In this document: in pieces, positions 1 through 11,100 of the stretch
Layout: each line of letters starts with the position of its first letter
Numbering within the stretch: position 1 is the stretch's first letter
Assembly: GCF_014396165.1 (NCBI RefSeq)
Contig: NZ_CP060715.1
Location: 2,010,001-2,042,000, forward strand
From: Erysipelothrix inopinata
Lineage (GTDB): Bacteria > Bacillota_I > Bacilli_A > Erysipelotrichales > Erysipelotrichaceae
Length of the DNA stretch: 32,000 nt
Reading direction: 5' to 3'
Notes under the pieces: generated by a model
Databases searched by the model: none
Told to the model about the DNA's origin: nothing
Seen by the model: only the letters and a program-made list of their open reading frames with translations
Made by a program: the position numbers and the translations under genes

Positions 1-3000
1 GACTCGTGTCGAATCACCCAGTAGTTCTTTATCTCCAAGTGTAGAGAGTATCTTGGCTTTTGGATCTTGAGTAAACGCGCGAATTACAACTGATTTTGTA
101 TCTTCAAGAAGCCCAACTTCATATTCAGTTACATTCGGATCGAAAGGTTGTTTGAAGATACTTCCCTCTATTTGAATTCCCGAGAGTGCGTTATTCTTAG
201 AACGTTTATACGTTACATTGAATGTGTACGAGGTCTTCGATTTACCATTCTCACTGTGAACTGTAATGACGAATGGTTTTAACACATTCGCTTCTAATGT
301 TATGGGTTCTTCTGTTTCGTAAATAATTGTTGCGTTAGGATCAGTAGCTGCAATTTTCTTGATGAATGACTTATCAAATGTTTGGTTATCATCCGTCAAC
401 TCTAACGTGTAGTCAGTAACGTTAGGATTAAAGTTCTTATCGAGTGTTCCCGATTCAAATTCGATATTTTTTAGTTTCGAGTTATCACCGACTTCACGTT
501 CCACTATAATACGGTACGTTTGCATCGTATAACCGTCTACTGCTCGAACTCTTATTTCATATATATTTTCTTGCGCAGTTTTCAATTCTAGGACGCCTGT
601 TTTCTCAACAGTTGCATGCTTATCAACAAGATCAAAAATCACTTCATCACTCTTCAAGTTTGTTTTTGAGTTTGGAACTTTCAAGTGATACGTGAAGACA
701 TCCTCTTGGAATGGTTCCTGAAGTTTATACCCTTTAACACTGAGATTTGATAGACGCGTTTCGTCAGTCTTAGCACGCCCAATGTTGATTGTATATTCTT
801 TTACATCACCATTTTCAGCCGTTACTTTAATCACACGTACGCTTTCCCCTGTTGGGAGTAATTTTCGTTCATGTCCCGTAATTCTCGCATTACGATCTTC
901 GGTGCTGACATCAAATGATAATGTATTGGTAACACTTTCCGTATTGAGTTGATACGTATCTTCCGTATAAATGAAGTTTGGTGTCAGAGCACCATTGCTT
1001 GGCTTGATGTTTGTAAGAGCATTATTATCTGAAGCAGGACGTGTGAGGTTGATGGTGTAAACACGATCTCGACCCGAATCACTGGTTACCACGACTTCAA
1101 GTTTGTTGTCTCCTACTTTAATTTTTTTCTGGCCACTACCAGATATTGTTGTGGCAAGACTCTTGACTCCTATATCGACACTCTCAGTTCCGATTGGAAC
1201 TGGATTCACAAGTGTATACTCTTGAATTTTAGGATCAAAGGCGGGTTTCATTTGAAGCACATCCCCTTTTAATTTGACACTTAAATCCTGCAAGTAATTC
1301 TCATGAGATCGACTTCTGTTTACAAACACATGGTAAGTTCTCGTGATACCTGTTTTTGAAGTAACGGGAATTTTAATATGTGTTTCCCCATAAGGAATAT
1401 CATAATTACCCAGTCCCTCAACTTTAGATGAAGTTAATGTTGCTTCTCCATCAAGTTTCAAGGTACTTTCTTCAGGTGTTAAATCTACGTTATAAACAAG
1501 TGTTCCCTTGTAAAAGCTTGGTGTCAACTTATTCTTATTCACAGCCAGATACTCTAAATAGTTATTTGCGTAAATTTGACGATAAGCATGAATCGTATAG
1601 GTTTCTTGGAGATCTTTCTCGTTAGAAGTAACCTCGATAGTTATCGTGTTATCCCCTACTTCAAGATTTTGATTTCCAGTAACTTTATAGGTAGCATTGG
1701 GATCTATTTTTTCAATTTCCATTTGTAATGTCGTAACTTCATTATCAACATTGATAAAGTACTCGTTGACATCTGAGCTAAATCCTTCATCAAATGGATA
1801 GTTATCAACTTTTAAGTTTTTGAGTTTTGCAGAATTAATCGGTGCACGATTCACAATAAATGTGAACGTTTTAACCGTTCCATTTTCTGCTGTAACGTTG
1901 ATATTGAATTGATTGCGGCCCACCTTAAGTTCATGAGTACCAATTCCTGTGAGGGTAGCATTTTTATCTTCTAAGATTCCATCAAATTGAATGGTTTCAT
2001 GAGAATAATCCAAGTTTAATTCATAACTTGTTTGATCATTTTTAAAGGTTTCAAATTGGTTTCCATCAACGGACAATTCTTTAAGGTTTGTGTTATCAGA
2101 ACCTTCACGGTTAACAACAACCGTATAGACTTTACTTGTTGAAGCTTCACTTACAACTTCAACATCAATAAAGTTATCGCCTACTTTAAGGGGTACTGTT
2201 TTTGGATAGTTTACCACTGCATCGTCATCTTCTGCTTTCGCTGACACGTTTACAGAGTGAAGTTCAAAGGGTGCCGACGCTTTATATACTGTCTTATTTG
2301 ATACAAAAGTTGGTTCAAAGCGAACACCACTTATTGATAAATGAGAGAGGTTAGCATTTTTTGATGGAACCTTATCTACTGTTATTGTGTAGTCCTTAGT
2401 TGTTTGACGATCTTCTGCAGTCACCCGTACGATTACAACGTTTTTAGTTCCCGTAACAAAATCATGATTTCCTAATACTTCATAAGTTGCCTTTGGATGG
2501 TATGGGGAAGCAGAGACACTCAGTGCTCTTCGATCCGTCTTTCCAGAATAGGTTGAGACGTTTTTATCAAATTGAATTCCCTTATCAAGCAGTCCATTGA
2601 CATAAAGACCTGCTAGAGACGCATCACTTGATGGTTTACGAGTCACTACAATTTGATAATCCATAATAATGTTATTCTTGGCACGGGTTCTAACTTTAAT
2701 TAAGTTTTCTCCCACTTGCAAAGGATAACTTCCTAAGCCTTTGATTTCAGTTTGGCTTGTGATAGCTTCACCACTTACATCTATTTTGGTCACATCATTT
2801 TCTACCGTCGTTCGGTAGAATTGTTGCTTAGAATCGAATTCCGGTTTAAAAGTACCCGAAGAAGTTTTTAAAGACTTCAAACCAATGTTTTCAGATGCCT
2901 TTTCTTGAACTGTTACATTCAAGGCGTAATCTTTATGTGCTGATAAGCCTTCCGAATCAACTCTTACGATGACACGGTTTTTACCTGGGTTAAGGACATT

Positions 3001-5107
3001 ATCAAGTATTTGAATTTTTGACTTAGGATTGACTGGCAATGCTTCTACCGTAAGTTTACTTGTTCCTTGAGGCACCAGTAAGGAATATTCGATAACATCT
3101 GACTTAAACTCACGATGTAATGCTCCTTCATGAACATACAACGTTTTTAAATCCGTATTGCTTGATTGGTCACGAACAACCTCAATAGTGTAGGTTGCTG
3201 GTGTCCCATCTTCAGCACGTGTTTTAATCTCGATGCTATTCGAACCAAGTTTAAGTTCATGCTTTCCATTACCGCTCATTACCGTAGATTGAATCATTGG
3301 TTCTGTTACAAACTCAATCATATCAATCTCATTGTTTACATTGAGTGTGTATTTATAGGTATCAGGATTAAACTCAGGTTCCATTGTACCTTCAGGTTTC
3401 GTCATGATTGATTTCAATCGTGCATCCACATTGGGTTTCATAGTTATATTCACGCTGTACGTTTCAATACGACCACTTTCCGCAGTTGCTAGAATTTCAA
3501 CTCGGTTTACACCCGTTAATAATTCAATCCCTTGGTGCTTAGAAACTTCAGTAAGTGGATGCTTTGTTTCTGTTATAAGATTCAATCGTTCTTCCGTATA
3601 AGGAATTGTGATATTGTACTCCAAAGTTTCCGGATTAAAATCTTCGATTTCAAAGAGATTGGAGGTAATACTTGTAAGTTCATTGTTATCAGAGATTGCT
3701 TTATTGACTGTGAAAACGTATTGATTTACGTTTCCGTGATCAGCAGTAACACGAACATTAATGGTATTCTTTCCGCCTCGAAGTCTGACGGTATTTCCTG
3801 ATGTTGTATACGTTGCTAATTCATTAGCTAACTCAATCTTAAGATCTGGATTAATCACATCATCTGCGACTTCAAATGTTTGTTTTAACACATCTGGATC
3901 GAATGGATCCATTTCTTTACCACCGATAGAGAGAGATTTGATCTTCGCATTTTTGGATTTGCTACGATTGATTTGAATGCGATAACTTCCTTTTGTACCG
4001 TCTTGAGCTTGGGTATTAATGACGAATTGATTGGATCCGACTTCTAATTTTTTAACACCCAGTCCTTCAACTGATGTTGCATCATTATCGACAACTCCCA
4101 CAAGTTCAACTTCATCAATTTCATTCTCGACGTTCACAACATAATCGTTTAATACCTTTTGGTAATTTGGTGATAATGGTAAAGCCTCATCTTTATGAAG
4201 AATTTCAAGAGATTTTAAGAAGACATTCGAACTTTCTTCGCGATATATATTTAATGTGTAGTTTTTTACCAGACCATTTTCTGCAGTTACTTCATAGGTC
4301 AAGGTATTCATACCTAACTCGAGCTCTGCTGTTTCAGCTTTCACATCGATGACTGCATTAGGATCCATGGTTTCAGCATGAATATCTAAGTCAGATACTT
4401 TCTCGAATTCATGCGGAACGGATACATAATATTCAGTAATATCAGGATTAAATTCTAAGTCTCGTTCTGGTTTCAACATCGTCAAGGATTCCAAGTCCGC
4501 ATTTCCAGTCATATCTCGATTGATTTCAAAGGAGTATGCATGGAAGCTCTCGCCATCTTCACTCATTACATCAATATAGTAATGATTATCGTAACCCGGT
4601 TGTAATTCAATGACACCTTCACCAGTCACAATTTGATAGGCATGAGATTTGATAACTGAGAATTCTAACGAACGAATGCGTGATGGAACTGTCATGCTAT
4701 AGACAACACCCTGAGTTCCAAAATCTTGATTAACATCAAATTTCGGTGATAACTTACAGTAATCATCAGATGCTGAGCAAAGTGAAGGAATCAATCCATT
4801 AATAAGAATATTTTCCGGCATTGATTCTTTTGAAGCAGGGCGATTAACTTTAAGTGTATAAGTTTTAACATCACCATTTTCTGCAGTAACCAGTAAATCA
4901 AATTTCTGATTGCCTGCTGGAATATCATATTTACCATTACCAACGATAGTTGCATGAGGATCCATAGCAACACCTTTGATATTTAGCTCTGTCGTATCTG
5001 CATCCAGATCAACAGTATATTCTGTTTGTTTAAGATCAAACTCTGGAGTTAGTTTACCAGAACTGATTTCAATTTTGGATAAGTGATTATCTTCAGATGC
5101 TTTTCTC
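1..5107 (-). other. Array of about 19 cadherin-like beta-sandwich repeats (about 85-90 aa each, divergent at DNA level); the last is cut by the window edge
   Basis: Each unit starts with a motif like (S/D)xNxxL(K/S)xLx(V/I)..G.L.P.F....EY.(V/L) and ends ..G.N.I.I.VTAE(N/D)G..K.YT(I/L).(V/I)NR. Examples are DNHLSKIEISSGKLTPEFDLKQTEYTVDL...TAENGDVKTYTLKVNR and SDNTNLKELSVDGNQFETFKNDQTSYELNL...TAENGTVKTFTFIVNR. Three more units lie at 5861-6671, and two follow each of glycine-rich copies 1-3. Confidence 0.65.
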
Positions 5108-8100
5108 AATGCGGTAATGCGCACATAACCATTTCCTGAGTTTCCTACTGTATAACCACTGTCTTTACCTGGTATTCTTTCAAGCCCAGATTTTAGTTCT
5201 GTTTCACTGAGATAATATTTCTTATCGACAGTATATCCTTTAGGTTTGTGGGAGGTTTCAGTTAATACGTAACCCGATCCACCACCGCCACCGCGATCAT
5301 CATCAGCTGAGTAGTCAGGATTTACACCACCGCCGCCGTACCAGCCACCACCACCGGCGCCACCACGACCATTGTTAGCATAAACACCGCGACCTCCAAG
5401 ACCAAATTCGCCAAAGAGACCGGCTGCTGTTTGGGACCCACCTTGACCACCTGTACCATAATTTTCTGATCGTGATTGACCATAGTTTCCACCACCAGCG
5501 CCACCTTGTTTATTGGATGCCCCGACAGAACCACCACCACCAGCTACAAGAATACGATGGTACAGTGTTTCACCTGCGACACGAATATCAGAGGCACCAC
5601 CACCATAGACACCATTACTTGCTGAGGCACCACCACCGTTATAACCTCGGGATATTGAATTACCAAATCCCCCAACGTTAATTGTGAGCTCCTCACCTTG
5701 CTTTAAGTGAACGAGGCCATTTGCATAGCCACCTTTACCACCTGATTGTGATCCACGGTTTCCCCCTTCAGCACCCCAGGCTTCAAGTTGGTAATTTCCT
5801 GTATACGGTGCAACAAAAGTTTCACTCTTGCCTTTATAGACATACTCATAAATTTTATCTTCACTACCTTCTCCTGAATCCGATCGATTCACATTGATAA
5901 GATAGACTTGTTTTCCTACATGTGGTTCATCAACTGTTACCGTTATTTTATTTTTACCCGGTCTAAGATAACCATTACCACTGACATTAATTGTTGCTTC
6001 ATGGTCATATGCCACAGCATCGACGTTTATGGAAACCATTCCCATAGGAATATCGACATCATAATCAAAGGTTTCTGGTTCAAACTCAAAATTCACATCT
6101 GTGAGTTTCAATGACTTAAGAAGATTTGTATCTTCTATTCTCGGAGTAATCGTATAAGCATCCGATTCATTTCCCGTTTCAGATGTAATTCGAATTGAAA
6201 CCGGTTTGTTGTTTTCAAACTCAACATTTCCGAGTCCTTCAATGACTTGACCTGGTTTGTTTTTTATCCCATCAATAAGCGCATTTCGATCTTGCTTATA
6301 ATCAAGTTCAATTTCATAATTCATTGTTTTCGAGTCAAAATTATTGATTGATTTTTCATTAATACTTAAATTCTTCAGACTTGTATCTTTAGATGCTTCG
6401 CGATAGATATTCAGTTTATAAATACCCATGGTTCCATCTTGAGCAATGACTGGAAGTTCCACAACGGTTGTTCCTGGCATAATTGTAAGGACTTTATCTT
6501 TATCCCATTGCAACTCCGCATTGTGTTCCGTTACGTCACCTTTGATGACTAATTCATACTGTTCGGTGTCCATAACAACATTATATTCATGTTGGTTCGG
6601 ACTGAACGGTTTATCCATGGTTCCAGAACTTAGTTCTAAAGACTTTAATGTTGCGTCAGATGAATACAGGTTAAGGATTGAAATACGGACAGCACCGTCA
6701 CCCTCTTTACCTGTAATTGTAAATCCCTCAGGGCCTGGCATGCTAAAACTTCCAGCACCTAAAACAGTATTCGTCATTTGGTACTTATTAGAAGGTGCAT
6801 AATTTGTTGGTTTGTATGATTTATCGGTGAATGCATAACTTGATCCGCCACCGCCGCCGTCACCATAATAATCACTGCGTTCGTTACGGTTTCCACCACC
6901 GCCATACCAACCACCGCCACCGCCACCGGCAGTTGCACGATATTGATTGCTATCATAGGTTCCGGATCCACCGTTACCAAATGCACCACTACTTGCTCCA
7001 CCACTGCTTTGGGTTGCACCTTTTCCATAGTTTCTACCAGATGCATTTTGTCCTTCGGTGCCACCACCGTCAGCACCGGCACCACTCTTACCTGCCGCAC
7101 CACCACCAGCTGCAACTAGAATACGATTATATACGCTCGTACCACCGACACGAATATCTGTAGCACCACCGCCTCGTTGGCTTCCATTATAACTTGTACC
7201 ACCGCCATTATAACCACTATTAACTTCACCATCACCACCAACAGTGATATTCAAGATTTCGCCCTTCATCAGGTAAATATCACCTGCAGCATAGGCACCT
7301 TTACCACCTTTTACGGACTCAACACGACCTCCTTGAGCACCCCATGTCTCAAGACGATACATTCCCGTGTAAGGAACGGTGAATTGCTCCATTTTTCGAG
7401 TGTATCCAAATGACATATCTCTTTGTCGATGCGCTTTGATGATATATACAGAATCTTCAATACCTTCACGAGAAACAGTCACGCGAATTGTATTATCTCC
7501 AGGTAAGAGTTCTTCATTTGAAGCACCTTCTACCTTTACTTTCGCATCTTCATCATAAGTCGTTGCAATAATATTCAAGCCACCATATACATAGGACTTC
7601 ATGTCATATTCATATTTATTACTATCAAATATCGAAGAGAATGCATTCGTATACTCATCCACCTTCAAATCATAAAGCTGTGTACTTTTTTCTCGCTTGA
7701 AGTTAATTTTATAATCTTGTTTAACTTTTTTATCAGCAGAGATTACAGAAATAGTTTGCGACGTATTATGGTAGTTATTTTTTACTTTTCCAGTTCCAGC
7801 AATAACTTGACCTGAATGACGTCTATCTACAGTGATTTCATCTTCTTGACGATAATCACCTGGAATAACTATCGTATATTCATATTTATTTGGATCAAAT
7901 CCTTCAATAATTTTTCCATTAATACGAATCGCATCAAGATCTGCTGTATTTTCAGTATTTTTACCAAAATACGTAATTCGAGCATATCCATGTTCTGCAT
8001 GACCAATTTCTCGAATTCCATCAATCCCGAAAAAACTTTCGTTTCCTTGCATAAGTTGGGCTTGAGTCATCTCATATTTACTATCAGGAGCATAATTACC

Positions 8101-11100
8101 AGGTCGGTATGATTGCGGAATGGTAATACCATTCTCAACACGTTTTCCAGTTAAAACGTATCCAGAACCACCGCCACCACCGTAGCCATAGCTGTTACTA
8201 CGTTCGTTACGGTTTCCACCTCCGCCGTACCAGCCACCACCGCCACCACCGGCGACAGCATTATAACTATTACTATCATAGGTTCCACCGCCACCAGTTC
8301 CAAAAGATCCATTGAAATATCCATAGCTATTTTGGGTTGCACCTTTACCATATCCAGAGTTTCCAGATGCATCAACACCGTTGGTTCCACCACCGGCACC
8401 ACCATGACCTGTTTGACCTGCAGCACCACCGCCACCAGCAACTAAAATACGATGATATAAACTCGAGCCGCCAATTCGGAAATCAGTTGCCCCGCCACCA
8501 CGTTGGCTTCCATTGTAGCTGGATCCTCCACCATTGTAACCACGACCATTATTATAATCACCAAAGCCTCCAACTGTTACAGTGATTTCTTCACCTTTTT
8601 GTAGTGTGATGTGTCCAGAAGTATAACCGCCTTTACCACCATTGTAAGTACCTAAAGAACCTCCTTGTGCACCCCAGGCTTCTAACTGATATTCACCATC
8701 GTAAGGCGCAATAAATACCTGACTCTTGGATTTAAAATCAAAGTCGATGCTTCTCATCTTAATAACCTTAATTCTATATTCATTGTCTTCAATTCCATCA
8801 TTTGATACATTTACGATAATGATGTCATTATCTTTATCATCTTTTTGATATATAGTTGTAACCACTGCATTTATATCAAACGTTTGATACTCAACTTCAA
8901 CTTTTTCATTCTTAAAACTTTCAACTGTATACTCATTTTTAGTAAATTCAAAAGCTTCATCATCTTTATATACATGATTAGTTACTTTTAAATCATAAAG
9001 TTTGTTGCTTGGTTCACGCTCAAAATTCAAGGTATAAACCTTGTTTGTTTTTCCATCGGCAGAGAAGACCGTTAATTTTTGCACTTGATTATGATATTCA
9101 AATTCTACTTTCCCAGTACCAGCTACTACCTGTCCCGAGTGACGAAGATCTACAGTAATTTCATCCTCTTGACGATGTTCTCCTGGAATCTTAATGGTAT
9201 ATTCATATTTATTTGGGTCGAATCCCTCAATGATTTTTCCATTAATACGAATCGCATCGAGATCTGCTGTATTTTCAGTATTTTTACCAAAATACGTAAT
9301 TCGAGCATATCCATGTTCTGCATGTCCAATTTCTCGCGTTCCATCAATACCGAAGAAACTCTCATTACCGTTTGCAAGATATTCCTTCTTCATTTCATAC
9401 TTAGAATTTGGTACATAATTTCCAGGACGGTATGATTGAGGAATGGTAATGCCATTCTCAACACGTTTTCCAGTTAAAACGTATCCCGATCCACCGCCAC
9501 CACCGTAGCCATAGCTGTTGCTGCGTTCATTACGGTTTCCACCGCCTCCGAACCAGCCACCACCGCCACCACCGGCGACAGAATTATAACTATTACTATC
9601 ATAGGTTCCACCGCCACCAGTTCCAAAAGATCCATTGAAATATCCATAGCTATTTTGGGTTGCACCTTTACCATATCCAGAGTTTCCTGTTGCATCGACA
9701 CCGTTGGTTCCACCACCGGCACCACCATGACCTGTTTGACCAGCCGCACCACCGCCACCGGCTACTAAAATACGATTATAAATACCGGTTCCACCAACGC
9801 GAAAATCTGTAGCACCACCGCCACGTTGGCTTCCATTGTAACTGGATCCACCACCATTGTAACCACGACCATTATTATAATCGCCAAAGCCTCCGACTGT
9901 TACAGTGATTTCTTCACCTTTTTGTAGTGTAATATGTCCAGAAGTATAACCGCCTTTACCACCATTATATGTACCTAAAGAACCTCCTTGCGCTCCCCAT
10001 GCTTCAAGTTTATATTCACCATCATATGGCGCAATAAAGATTTGACTCTTTGATTGGAATTCAAAATCAAGACTTCGATGTTTGGTAACTTCGATTTCAT
10101 ATTCAAAGGGATCTATACCATCCCTTTGGACGCTTAAAGTAATGAGTTCCTTATTGTCGCTTAGTGGTTCGCGTACGACAGAGCCCACAGCATCCTTATC
10201 GAAAGTCATATAGCTTACTGAAACTTCTTCATCCAAAAAGCTATCGACAAAATATTTTTTCACGTTTGGATCGAAAGAAATATTATCTTTGAACGTATGA
10301 TTATCTGCCTTTAGATTGAAAAGTTTGTTGCTAGGTTCTCGTTCAAAATTCAAGGTATAGACCTTGCTCGTTTTTCCATCTGCAGAAAAGACATTAATCT
10401 TTTGAACTAAATTATGGTATTCAAAATTAACTTTGCCTGTTCCGACGATAACCTGATCTACATGACGTCGGTCTACTGTGATTTCATCTTCTTGAGAGTA
10501 TTCTCCAGGGATTTTTATTGTATATTCTAATTGTTTGGGATCAAATCCTTGAATGATATTTCCATTAATTCGAATGCCGTCAATATCCGCCGAATTTTCA
10601 TTATCTTTACCATAGTATGTAATACGCGCATGTCCATGCGATTCATGACCAATTTCACGTACGCCATCGATTCCAAAAAAACTTTCATTTCCATGTGACA
10701 ATTGCGCTTTATTCATTTCATACTTACTCTCTGGAGCATAATTACCAGGTCGGTAAGATGGGGCAATGGTTATACCGTTCTCAACACGGCTTCCAGTTAA
10801 AACATATCCAGAACCACCGCCTCCACCGTAACCATAACTGTTGCTACGCTCATTTCGGTTTCCACCACCGCCATACCAGCCACCACCGCCACCGCCGGCA
10901 ACCGCATTATAGCTATTACTATCATAGGTCCCACCGCCACCAGTTGCGAATCCACCATTAAAATATCCATAACTACTTTGAGTGGCACCCTTTCCATATC
11001 CAGAGTTTCCTGATGCATCGAGTCCCTCTAGTCCACCACCAGCTCCACCATGTCCTGTTTTCCCCGCAGCACCACCACCGCCGGCAACTAAGATACGGTT

